From NCBI RefSeq assembly GCF_009914755.1, contig NC_060939.1: a stretch of DNA of 64,000 nt. The stretch is one strand, 5' to 3'. This document shows, piece after piece, positions 12,583-29,419 of the stretch. Under the pieces are notes generated by a model, which ran no database searches, was not told the origin of the DNA, and worked only from the letters and a program-made list of their open reading frames with translations. Positions within the stretch are counted from its first letter, which is position 1. Each line of letters begins with the position of its first letter. The position numbers and the translations under genes are program-made. Origin of the DNA: the human T2T-CHM13v2.0 reference genome, Homo sapiens.

Positions 12583-15500
12583 TGCTTTCACTTTCAAAGA
12601 TGCCCAATATATGTAAGTTCACATGGTTACCTCTGGGATATTTAAATTGTCCTGCCTTTGCTCGTAATCTGTGCGAACAGGATTTACAGAGACACTTTTT
12701 TTCATCTCCATTGCTGAAATGGCATTGATGTTATATTACTAATGGGAGTCTCCCAGGAGACAGTATGAACAGACCTTACTACTCTCAGAAGGTAGGGGGA
12801 TGGGTCATAGCTACCCATAAAAGACAAGGGTTTTTGACCACTGTTACATTCTTGTGGATCATGTGGTCTCCAATGGTCAAGGCATTCCCATGACAGTGAA
12901 GCACCACATTCTCACAGGATACATCCCCAGGGGACTCAAACACACTCAACATCTCCTGGGGCTTTTCCTGTCCTAAAGGACATGCCCTCACCTGTCACTT
13001 ATACTTAAGCCTACATCTTCTATTTAAGTCTCTTCTACTTAAGCCTATCTATGCCATTACACGAAAGCCCACTTCCTTCCACTGGGAGGGACCCCAACAG
13101 GCAGATTTACAATGAACACAACAGGCTTTACCATCTGTTCTCCAGGATCAGCCTTCTGGATCCAGTCCTTGACCACCTTAGAGTATCTATCATAGAGTCT
13201 CTACACTAAACATGATTATAACTGGCTGCTCAGGAACTTTTGAACCAAGAAGCTAAAATCAGTCACTAACCACTGTGCAGCTTTAGAACACCAGACTCTG
13301 TGGAGACTGAGGTGCTCGCACAGCCTGTGAGGCTGCAAAAACAAATTCCCTTTCTGCCTTTGGTGCAGATGTTTTCCAACAGTGGCTTGGCACAACCATT
13401 GACTCCTCCTTGTTAAAATAAAAATGGTACCTGCAAGAAAGGACAAAACCTGACATTAAAGGAATTTCCAAATTACAGGAGAATGTAGCTTCCCCCACAC
13501 TCAGCCCTATGCCTACTACAGTTGGGGAATGGGGGATGACAACTCCATTGCTTCCTCCTTTTGCCAAGTGGGGTGTCCCTTGGGACCAGTGGTCTGACAT
13601 GGAAAGAGAGTCTGTGTACAATCATGCACTGCATGACATTTAGGCCAACAACAGACTGTATATACAACGGGGGTCCCATAAGACTAATGGAGCATACATA
13701 GAAAGCCATCTAGGTTCCTGTAAGTACACTCTAAGATTTTCAAATAATGATGAAATCACCTAACAACCCATTTCTCAGAACATATCCCCGTGGTTAAGTT
13801 ATACATGCCTACATGTCAACGGCACTGCCACCATTGTACACAACACAGCCTGTTAATGGGCAGCAGCAAACCACCCAGCTGTAAACACCCACTACTAGAG
13901 GATGGCATCAGCATCCTTGGATCCACCCAATCAAAAGAACTTGTTGCAGTTCCCTTGGCTACAAGACATGCCCAAAAGTGGGGACTAGCAGAGTTTTACA
14001 TCTTTACTGACTCACAAACTGTGGCCAACTACTTGGTTATCTAGATGGGACAGTGAACATTAAATAACCTTATTATACAAAATAAACCTCACTGGAGCAC
14101 CTGCCATCTGGAAGGAAATGGCCACCATCACATATCTCCATTTCATCTCACATGTGTGGGCCCAAACCAATGCCACTAACCCATAGCTCATTTCAAAAAT
14201 ATTGCAGACATGCTTACAAAGCAGCAAGTCTGTAGCATCTTTCCAGACATTCTTTATCTTCCAGCAGAATGGGCACGTGCTAAGTTGGGACACCAAGGTA
14301 TCTCTACACTGGACTGGACCTATCACTGGGGCATTCCATTAACTCCTTATTTAGCTAAAATGGTCACTTACAACTGCACCATGTATGCCAACACTAAGCT
14401 TTGGGCATTTTCCAGCTGGGACTGCATTCCTGGAGTGGATTGACCTTATTCACACTGGCACATTCACCACATTGGTCCACTTCCTCCCAGCAACGTAGCC
14501 ACAAAGAATGCTCTCACTGTGATTGACGAGTTCACAGATTACTCTTAGCCCATCCCAGCAGACATACTGCTGCTTCCACAACCATGGCCAGACTCACCAA
14601 TTCCATCTTATTGCATTTGGGTGCCTACAGGTCCTTGACTCAAACCAGGGCATTCATCTTTCAGCACTTGCTGTTCAACAATGGGCCAAAAACCAAGGCA
14701 TACAGTAGAACTTTCACTTAGCCTACAGACCTCATGCACTAGTCCTAACTGAAAGACATAATGGCCTTTTCAAAGACCTATTACTCAAATTACAGTGAGT
14801 TTTTGAACTCTCAATGGGTGGCCACATTTATACAAGCTCTCATTCTCCTTAACTCTTGGACTACAGGTTTCCACGTCATGCACCAAGTACTTCAAACTCT
14901 TTCCCATGGCTCTGATATTATCAGGAGACTCCCCTCGCTCACTTCATTGTGGTAGAGGACTGCATCCACATTCATTCCTCAATAAAACTCATCACACACT
15001 TTTAATTTTTCAATCATCTGCCAAATTTCCTACATTGATGGACTAATTGTGGGTTGATAACAAAGTCTGACTCCCAACAGTTGAAAGAAAAACTGTATGT
15101 CCCTCATGCTTGCTGCTTGACCATTCATACCCAGAACCAGCTAGATCTAAGCCTGAGGCTTTACTCAAGTTTTAAGGATCTGAAATCTAGTTAATAAATC
15201 TAAGTTCCTTCTATGCCTCACAGAAAGAGATCACCGTTCCTGGTCCCAGCAGCAGCATGGTCTGGTCACAACTTTGGAGGCAAAAAAATTACATCTAGTG
15301 AATGCCAGTCATTTTAGAAAATGACTACCATTTGACCTATCGTGTTGGCCTGTGATCAGTACAAGGCCCAACACTCCATATGGGAAGCACCTATGATCAA
15401 ACAGGCCCTGGACATATGTCTAAAGCAATCCACTGGGAGGATGTACAGATGCTTGCAGTCATAATTCAAGTTTCTCCTCCCAAACAAAAGCCAGGGAGAC

Positions 15501-16639
15501 TTCTCCATTGCCTGTGTTCAGCTTGGTTTTGTGTCTTAGTCTTGTTTGCTGCATGGGTGCTGGGGTTACTCACCTACCCTCAGGGCTTGCTCCTGAGTAC
15601 CATGGGACATGCCAGCAACATACTTTTTGCAAACAGCTGAACCACTGGGTGACAAAACAGAATGTTGGAGACCCCTCCTCATTTTTTTCCAGCCAGCTTG
15701 CCACCACACCTGGCTAAGGTATCTGCCTTCTATAGCACATGGAACAGATGTTCAATCATGCATGATTCCATTCCATCACATAACCTACAAGCCATTCTTC
15801 TAAAAATGAGAATGGCCTTCCGAATATAATCAAATTAAACTTTCTTAGCTAAACACTGTTCAAACATCCCAGCCTGGAACGAACATCCCAGCTCATTCAA
15901 ACAGCAGCCATCGGACAAAATCTTTGACTGCTGAGAGGGACTCCAGAAGATTGCCCTTCAATTGGCATCAAATTGTGGCCAAAGTGTTTATCTACTGTAG
16001 ATGGATGCTACAGGCTCATCTAGGCTGAAGGCAGTAAAGAACTTTGTGCTCTGATAATAAGCTTCTGGAGGTGACAGAGATCTGTAGTCCTAGCAGCCAC
16101 CATGACGCCCACACAGCTATTCTTACCCGAGCCTCCAAATTATATAAGACCTCTGGACCACCATATCAGATAGACACTTATCCTTCATGGATTTCCACTT
16201 GGGAGGGATTGTCTTCTCCAGGGTGACATGCATCTACAAAGATGACACTGGCTGAGATGACAGTGCCCCAATCAGAGACACCATCAAAACTGGGCACTCT
16301 GGCTAAGTCAAGTTGACACACTAACTTAGCTATCACAGTGATGGACGTATAGTGAGATCTCAACCATGACCCTGCCTTTGGCCTTTGAGATGCTCAAACT
16401 CCATCTTAGGGACTGAATTTGTTAAACAACTAGAGAATAGGCCAGGTGTTATGTTCTCTGAGACTCTGTAATAATAAAAAAGCAGAATAAAAATGCTTCA
16501 GAAAAATCAGGGCAACATAGCAGGCTTGGGAAGTTGGGGAAAATCTCTTAAAGAAGGGGCGTATAGGCTGAGCCTGGACAGTTTTCAGGTTCTCCCCAGC
16601 TACAGTCCTCATCACTGGAAGTGTCATAATTTCTTTTAC

Positions 16640-16900
16640 AAATATGTGTATGTTTATATGTGTGTGTGTAAATGGTACATAAAATATGTATAATATAAAA
16701 TATAACAGTACCATTTACACGCACATATATACATGTACTATATTTACATGCATACATACATACATTAGTCTAGGTACATGGTATAATTATATTTTATATT
16801 ATTCCAATATATTTAATATTACATATTCTAAATAAATCAAAGTTTTCTATATAAATACTAATACGTTATTTATATAGTATGTATGTATGTATGTGTAAAT
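16640..16900. repeat. TA-rich low-complexity tract
   Basis: Degenerate (TA/TG)n. Confidence 0.7.
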
Positions 16901-17249
16901 CATACCAGAAAAGTGGGATAAATTATAAAAGTATTTTTGGTGGCATCAGAGAGTTTTGGAAGCAACAAAAACTGTAAGAGTTAAAATTCTGAAGACAAAA
17001 ACAACTTGCGAAGATGTATTAATGATATACTGTTGCTCTTTTTTCAGAGATATTTGTTGAGTGATGTTTCAGGCTGGAAGCGGTGAGCCACTGACAGGGA
17101 TCAGAGAATTCCCCACAGAATTTGGCAGTCACATGCATGGATTTAGAAAGACAAAGTTGGAAATGAATTGTTGCAGCTAATTTCTCCCTCAAGACATTGT
17201 CTACATTCTGAAGCTAGATCTGGTGGCAGAGGAGACTAAGGAGCTCAGT

Positions 17250-19507
<2,258 letters not shown>

Positions 19508-19880
19508 TCTTTACAACAACAAGAACAATAAAAAGTGAACACAGGGTGACTTATTTTCACCAGACAGATGAGGAAAGCTTCCCTGAGCAGATCACTTCAG
19601 ATCTCAAGGCTATGAAGGCATTAGCCAGGATAACAGCAGCATGTGAAAAGTGTCTGTGACTGAAGGACGCATGGTGTTTTTGGGGAACCACCGTAAGGTG
19701 AGACAGCTGGTGCACAGAGAGAGGGTGAAAGGTGATCATGGTGGAAATGATGCCACCACGATGATGAGCGAGGATGATTCTTATAACTGACATCTCATAA
19801 TGGAATGGAAACTTTACAGGAAACAGATGGAGGCTGGAAGTAAATATATGTACATACACACAAATAGGCCAAACGAGAAC

Positions 19881-20246
19881 TGCTATGGTCAGAATCTTTG
19901 TGTTTTCCCAAAATTGATTTGTTGAAACCTAACCCCAAGGTGATGGTACTAGAAGGTGAGGGGCTTTTTGCTGGTGATTAGATCATGAGGGTGGAGCCTC
20001 ATTAATGGGATTAGTGCCCTTATAAAAGGAACCTTGGAGAGCTCTTTCACCCTTTCCTCCATGTGAGGACACAGCGTAAAAACAGCCATTGGTGAACCAG
20101 GAAGCAGGCCCTCAGCAGACACCAAATCTGCCAGCACCTTGACCCTGGATTTCCCAGCCTACAAATCTATGAGAACTAAATGTCTGTTGCTTATAAGCCA
20201 CCCAGTCTATGGTATTCTGTTATAGCAGCCTGAATGGATTAAGACA
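19881..20246 (+). mobile_element. MLT1A-type MaLR LTR
   Basis: TGCTATGG...GTTATAGCAGCCTGAATGGATTAAGACA. Confidence 0.88.
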
Positions 20247-20563
20247 AGAGCTAAAGGAGATCCCATAGAGCAAAATAAATAACTTTCAGGAACTTTATAA
20301 AGCATTACTTATACCTAAATATCAGCAGATTGATTAGAGGGAAGGGTTCACAGACTTCAGTGATACCCACACCACAGGTTGAGGACACAGACACACTGTA
20401 AAAATTTGTATTTAATGCCATTCCTTGCACTGGTCTATTAGTTCCCAACCCTTCTTGCATATCCAGTGGTAGCCTTCAGTAATTCTCCCCTCTCTCTATA
20501 TATTATTAATGTATCACACTTAATTAAAATATTCTCATGAACATAAAACTGTGCTGGAATTTC

Positions 20564-21331
20564 TTTTTTTAATTTTTACTTTAAGTTCTGGGGTACATGT
20601 ACATAGCGTGCAGGTTTGTTACCTAGGTATACCTGTGCCATGGTGGTTTGTTGCACCTATCAACCCGTTATCTAGGTTTTAAGCCCTGCATGCATTAGGT
20701 ATTTGTCCTAATGCTCTCCCTCCCCTTGTCCCCCACCCCCCGACAGGCCCTGGTGTGTGATGTTCCCTTCCCTGTGTCCATGTGTTCTTACTGTTCAACT
20801 CCCACTTATGAGTGAGAACATGCGGTGTTTGGTTTTCTGTTCCTGTGTTAGTTTGCTGAGAATGATGGTTTCCGCGTCCCTGCAAAGGATATAAACTTAT
20901 TCTTTTTTTTTTTTTTTTTTTTGAGACAGAGTCTTGCTCTGTTGCCCAGGCTGGAGTATAGTGGCATGATCTCGGCTCACTGCGACGTCCGCCTCCTGGG
21001 TTCAGGCGATTCTTTTGCCTCAGCCTACTGAGTAGCTGGGACTACAGGCACAGACCACCACACCCAGCTAATTTTTGTATTTTTAGTAAAGACGGGGTTT
21101 CACCATATTGGCCAGGCTGGTCTGGAACTCCTGACCTCGTGATCCACCCACCTCAGCCTCCCAAAGTGCTGGGATTACAGGCGTGAGCCACTGTGCTCGG
21201 TGAAATTCTTTTTTATGGCTGCATAGTATTCCATAGTGTATATGTGGTATATGTGCCACATTTTCTTTATCCAGTCTATCATTCATGGGCATTTAGGTTG
21301 GTTCCAATTCTTTGCTATTGTAAATAGTGCT
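20564..21331 (-). mobile_element. L1PA 3' end with an Alu (20903-21200) inside
   Basis: L1 3'UTR sequence; TSD TGTGCTGG(A/T)ATTTCTT. Confidence 0.9.
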
Positions 21332-21419
21332 TGTGCTGGTATTTCTTATCTCAACAGTAAAAACCTTTTAACCATAGTTCTATTATCAGCCATTGCCCCA
21401 TATCTTTGATTCTCTTTAA

Positions 21420-21788
<369 letters not shown>

Positions 21789-22642
21789 ACTCTGTCCTCT
21801 CTTAAAGCCACTCCACTCTGGCTTTCACCACTCACCTCTATTGGAGCTTCCCTTACTAAGTTCATGGATGATCTCCATGTTGCTGAATCCAATGGTCCAT
21901 TCTCAGTCTTCATCTTGCTTTGCTACCCACAGTATGTGACACATCTGATGGTGTCTTCTTCAATGACATACCTCTTCCTTTGGCTTCTAGAAACCCCTCA
22001 TCCCCTCGGTGCTTCTCTTACCTCTGGTTCCTCCTTCCTCCTTTTTTGTAGATATCTCCTCTGTAAGTTAACTTCCTAATGAAAAGTGCATCCAGGGTTT
22101 CATCCCTGTTGCTCTGCTCTACCGACAGTCACTCCCTCGATGACCTCATCAAGTTATATGGCTTTAAATAACATCTATATGTTGATGATACCAACATTTA
22201 TATCTCTAGTACAAACCTTCCTCCTAAGTTCCTAAGTTTCACTTATATGCCCAACTGTCCATTCAGCATCTCTATTAACATGTCTAATGGATGTCTGATA
22301 CCTTTAAAAGTCTGAAGAAGAACACTTTGTGCCCCATGAGTCCCTCAAAAACTGTTCCATCAGCAACAACTTTCCGCATCTCAATTGGTGGCAACTCCAT
22401 CTTTCCAATTGCTCAGACCCTTGCATTTGTCATAAGGTGATTTATTTTTGTGTGCATAATCTATGGAGGCTGGTAGGAAATTTTGCAGGCTCTACATTAT
22501 ATATACATATACATATATATCTAAACACACATATATAATATATATATAGCCACTTTCTCAAAACCTTCATTCCTGTCACTCTGGTAAAAAGCCACCATCA
22601 TTTCTAGCCTACATCATTGCAGTAGTTTTAAAGAAATTTCCC

Positions 22643-22960
22643 GGCTGGGCGCGGTGGCTTACACCTGTAATCCCAGCACTTTGGAAGGCTGAGACGGGCG
22701 GATCACGAGGTCATGAGATCGAGACCATCCTGGCTAACACGGTGAAACCCCGTCTCTACTAAAAATACAAAAAAAATTAGCCGGGCTTGGTGGCGGGATC
22801 CTGTAGTCCCAGCTACTCCGGAGGCTGAAGCAGGAGAATGGCGTGAACCCGGGAGGCGGAGCTTGCAGTGAACCAAAATCGCGCCACTTTACTCCAGCCT
22901 GGGCGACAGAGCCAGACTCTGTCTCAAAAAAAAAAAAAAAAAAAAGAAAGAAAGAAAGAA
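22643..22960 (+). mobile_element. AluY-like
   Basis: TSD AAAGAAATTTCCC. Confidence 0.94.
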
Positions 22961-23810
22961 AGAAATTTCCCTGCTTCCACTATCGTGCTGTTACAGTCTA
23001 TCATCAGTGGGGCAAGCATAGCGATTATTTCAAAACCCAAGTCTTACGACTCCTCTGGTCAAACCTTCCAACAGCTCTCAATCTCAAAGCTAAAATCCTT
23101 GCAATGCTTTATTACCACATACTGACCTCATCTCCTACCACCTCTTCCTCTTTAAAAGCACTTCAGTCACGATGGCCTTCTGTTGTTCTTTGAACACCGG
23201 ACATTCTTCAGCCTTCGGGCGTGTACACTGGCTTTCCCTCTGCACGGTGCATATTGTTAATGACCTCACCATCCTGGGGTCGTTGTTGAAATGATTTGAT
23301 CTCATTCAAGCCTTCCCTGGCCGTTCCACATAAAATTGCAGCTCTTCCTGGAAACTTTGATCTACTTTGCCTTGATCTAGCTTTTTCTTTTTCTATAGTG
23401 CATTATTACTTTCTAAAGTATTATATAATTTATAGGTTTATCTATATTGCTAATTTTTTGGCTTTTCTAATAGAATGTAAGCTCCATGCAGGTACTACTT
23501 TTTATGTTTTGATCATTTTATATATCAAATCTCCCGGAGTCGTTCCCAGAACACAGCATAAAATATATAAATATTTACTTAATAAATGAGTACTTGAATG
23601 AATGAGTTGTGTGGCACTGCATTTTGAAGAGAATCAAGGAGAATAAAGCCCTCTTCTATGGCCCCTAACCCTTGCTTTCCTGAAATAGTTCTCAGTTATT
23701 TCAAAGAATCTTAACAAAGATCTTGCCTGGAAATTGTAGGAAGTTCTTAATTTTAGCAGACTTGAAAGAACACAAAAATGCAGTAGAATTTTAGAAACTC
23801 TAGGCAATAA

Positions 23811-24116
<306 letters not shown>

Positions 24117-24204
24117 GGCTATAACTTTTAAAATCATCATAGTGAGGTAGCTATTGTCAGATTAATTTTATTTATGACATAATTGTGAATAAGTTTAAGT
24201 CTCC

Positions 24205-24925
<721 letters not shown>

Positions 24926-25029
24926 AAATTAAGTGAAAAAAAAGTCTCCAATGCTACAATGTCACTGATGAGTGGTAGAGCAAGATTCAAGCAGGTGACC
25001 TCTATATTTACTCCAAGTGCCTATGTGAA

Positions 25030-26155
25030 CAGAGACACACCCTCACACAAAAACACATGTACACAGAAACACACACTCACTTACGTGTACACACTGACAC
25101 AGAAACACTTGCATACACAAACACAAATACAAAAACACACCACATAGAAACACATTCACATACAAACACACAGATACCCTTTCACACAGACACACAGACA
25201 CACGAACACTCAAACATACACTCACATACATACACACAAACACAAAAGCACACCACACACAAAAACATTCACACGCAAACACACCAATCCATGCAGTGTA
25301 CATGCAGATAACACCCTTTCACACCGTCACCCAGTCACATACACCAACACACTAACACACATTCACACACAAACACAAACTAACACACAAACAAGTGCAC
25401 ACTTTTACCCAGAAACACACACATTAGTACATGTGCACTTACACACACATAGTCACACACAGTTACACACAATCACATAAACATAAATACACTTTGGCAC
25501 ACGTGTACACTCACACAAAACACTATTTCACACACAGACAAAAATTCACAGCCACACACATTCATACAAAACACGAACACACACACAGAAACATAGACAC
25601 ACACAGGACCACAAAGTGCTCACACTTTCACACACAACACATATTAACATGAATACATACACACACAAAAGCATAATCACACACATAGTTACATACTTTC
25701 ACACACTCACACACATATACATACTCATGTACACACAAACACACACAAAATACACATTCACTGTACATATGAAAAACACCCTTTCAGAGACACACCAGAA
25801 GTCACACAGTCACACAAACACATAAGCCACAACTCACAAACACAAAACACTGAAACACACAAGAACACATACAAGTGCACACAGTTTCACATACAAACAC
25901 ATTAACATGTGTACATACACAGTTATACACACTCACACGTGTACACAGATACACAGTCACAAGTCACACACACTTAAATACACACCAACAAACACAAACA
26001 CACATATTGACACATGCATACACACAAACGCACAAATTTAAACCTATACACACAAACATGTGTGAACACACTTGCACACAAGCGAACACAATTTTACACA
26101 CACAAACACAAACACATACAAACACACACATTCTTTTTCACACACACGCACTCAC
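25030..26155. repeat. 1.1-kb degenerate (CA)-rich low-complexity tract
   Basis: Plus strand almost entirely A/C with ACAC/ACAA/ACAT units. Confidence 0.92.
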
Positions 26156-26329
26156 TTCTGCTTGTCTTCCATCTATTTCCCTCGATTACCCTCTACCAGT
26201 CCCCTATTTAGAATTAATTTCTAGACCCTCGCTTCCATTTCTTCATGTTTTCTTTTTCTTATATCACTCTTATCAAATTCCCCTTCTAGTACCTTATTTC
26301 TGCTAAACCCGATTCATGACTTTCTATCA

Positions 26330-27100
26330 CCATCTAAATCTGTGTGCAGTGCTTGATTGTCTCTCTGCCTGGATTCCTTACCATCACGTTTTCCCAGTGC
26401 CTCTGTGGTTCTTTTGAATCTTGTTTTCGAATTTTCTCTGTTGTAGGTCTTTCTTCCACTGCCTGCCTGGACTGGGATGCTTTCTAGAGTCCTCATCCTT
26501 GGCTTGTTTCTTGTCCATCTACTCAGCCTTCAGCGTCTCAGTCCCATGCAGGGTTTCATCCACTGTCTGTGCTGACTCCCATATTTTTCTATCCACTCAC
26601 ATTTGGAGCTAAATCCACAACCATATGTATGAATGCTTTCTGGAACACCTAAAATACTGTCCGGAATGAAGCAATAAACAAACAAATAACAACAACAAAA
26701 GACAACCACATCTACCTGTGTGACATTATTTCCTGGATATGCAATGCAAATGTCAATATCACAAATGGAATTTATCCCTTCTCTGCCATCTCAAGATCTC
26801 CCTGTCTTTCTTCACTTTTCCACTTAAAAACATCCATTCCTCATCCAGTTCCTCAAGCCAGAAACCTTGGCTCTATCATCATTTCCCTATGTCAGCCTTG
26901 ACCTGGAGTGCAAGGTAATTAGCAAGTTCTGACTTCTTGAATTCTCCAATTCTGCCTTTTTTCTCCACCCCACTGCCACTGTCTTCGTTTAGCCGGCTTC
27001 TGCTCACTACTGGATTGTTGCAACAGCTTGCGTCTGGCTCCCCTGCCGTCTTAATTATCCCCACCACAATTCATTCACTTTACCCAAGTCAGGATGATCT
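26330..27100 (+). mobile_element. Old L2 fragments
   Basis: CCTCAAGCCAGAAACCTTGG, TGTGCTGACTCCCATATTT. Confidence 0.5.
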
Positions 27101-29199
27101 TTGTAACCTAAGGAGAAGGACCCTCTGTCCTGGGAATGTAGGAATAGAATGTTTTGGAGTAGGCTTACAGTTATCCAGGTGGAAAAGTAACCAGTGTCCC
27201 TTGCCACAGTCATCTCCCTTGAAATGCTGTATCCAGGGTGCCTGCCTTCTCTCTGCCCAGAAGGACATGTTTTGGATGTAGCCTCCTGCCATGCAACAGC
27301 CATGGAGTGGAGCTCACCATTCCCATTACAGGTACTGATAATGTCTCACCTTCCCTCTACAAACCAAATAGCTAATAAACCACAAAGAATATTTCTACTT
27401 CGATTTTCTGTAGAGTTCTGCCAGTTACCACAAAGAGATGTAAAATTTGGAATCTGGGACAGAAACTATGGGTTGTGCGTTTCAGTCTCATTAGCACACT
27501 CCCACGTCCCATATCTGAGAGGCAGTCTCATGGGATGGTTTCATCATCTTGTAACTCGCATTTTCTCTGTCCCTTGCCACAGTCACCTCCCTCAAAATGC
27601 TATATCCAGGGTGCCTGCCCTCTCCTTGTCTGCCCCCACTTCGCCTTGTTGCATAATGGGATTCTGGTCACCAAGTGGCTTTTATACCACCTCTTATGAC
27701 CACTGCTTCTTAGTCACTTTTGCTTCAGCTCAGTTTAAGCTGATTTAGCGGTTGGTGGAGAGAATGGTTAATTTGTTTTCCTAATTGTCTGCTGACTCTG
27801 GAAGGGAAGGGGAGGGATGCACTTTCACCCTAAGCATAGTGAAGGAAAGGGTCTCCTTTATGAACCATAGATAGTTCTCTTTCTAAGAATCTGAACCCAT
27901 ACAAAGGCATCAAAGGCAACCCAGCCTAGTGCGAATGGTCTTAACGAAGCTATGCATGCAAGCTCTTGGTTACTTTCAAAGCCCCCAAATGACACTGACA
28001 CTCATTGGTGATTTTTCCAAATCAATTACACTTAAGCCCTAGAGTTTTTAACCAGACAAAAGGAGCACTAAAAGATGGAACGACTTAAGGAGAATGAAGA
28101 GAAGGTTGTTATTTTATCTCTCCCAAAAAGCAAATTTGATTAAAACCTTCAGAGGCTTCCTGTTGCTATTAGAATGAACAAAGGCCAAACCTATTACTAT
28201 AATGCATGTTCTCTTTCATTGTATTATTTCTTCGTGTTTCCAGATGTACTGTTGTCTATATCCAACCCCTTCTCATGAATACGCACGTGTATGCACACAC
28301 ACGAATGCAAGCACACATGAAGCTTTAGCAACAATGATCTTATCGCAGTTCTTTAAATGCACCATACTTTCACCGAAGTACATCATTCCTATCATTCTTG
28401 ATCTTTCCCTGCCTTCTCCTCGCCCCCATTTCTTCCCACCCATGCCCTATGATCTCTCTCTTCTCTGGGCCTTCATCCATGCTCTCCTGTTTGGAACATC
28501 TGATCCCCAGTATTTTAACACTCATTTGGCCAAGTTTCAATTTTAGTGACATTTCTGCTGGATAGCATTTCCTAACCTTCTTAAACTGATTAACTATTGC
28601 TGATTTGTGATTCTATAATCCATTGTACTTTCAGTATCATTAAACTTATATCATATTATGATTGCATTATATTGTCTACCTACCTATTACTCTGTCTTCC
28701 TTCCCACCCCTACTAGTCCGGGAACTCCAAAATACGTAGATCAAGTCGTTTTGCTCACCATGTACCTTATGCTATTCATGTCCTTAGGTGACTTTTCACT
28801 TAAAAGCCATCTCGCTTATCTAAGGATTGCTGCCAATACAAAGGATGAAGGCATAGTACATAAGTCTATATCATGTAATTTGCTCCCTCAAAGCTCAGTT
28901 GAGGCATAAACTTTAGGCTTTGGTTGCCAAGAATCGATACCCACCACCCTCTAACCACCAAATGGTCTATCCTAGATGGTGAAGTTGGGTTAATTGTTAG
29001 ACACGGTGGAATCTTTATGGTCAACTTGAAGATCTGGGGCACAAAAACCTTAACACAATTCATTATTTCTGAAGAAGGTTCTAGGGACTTCATCTATGTT
29101 TCATAAACATTTGTCTCCGACCTGGTACAAACACAGAAAATGTACAGGCTTTGATGCCTGACTCTCATTGAGTTGAGCAATAAATGGCTACTGGAAAGT

Positions 29200-29340
29200 T
29201 ATTCATTTATTCAACACATTTTATTGAGAACTTACTATAAGTCAGGCACTGCACTAAGAGCTGAGGAATAAATAATGAGGAAAGGAGACACTACTTTTGC
29301 CATCATAGAGCTTATAGCCTAGTAGGAAAGACAACTACAT
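29200..29340 (-). mobile_element. L2 3' end
   Basis: TTCATTTATTCAACACATTTTATTGAG...GTCAGGCACTG. Confidence 0.65.
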
Positions 29341-29419
29341 ATCAGAGAACTCCAACAGTTATGGCATGTCCTATATAGCATGGACCATGTATGCACCCCT
29401 TTCCTGAATCAGAGGGTCC

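Noticed and set aside
24959-26306. His/Thr-rich and Cys/Val-rich ORFs
   Set aside because: Translation of the (CA)n low-complexity tract
27194-27748. 184-aa ORF
   Set aside because: No recognisable domain, non-ATG start, spans a duplicated repeat-like segment
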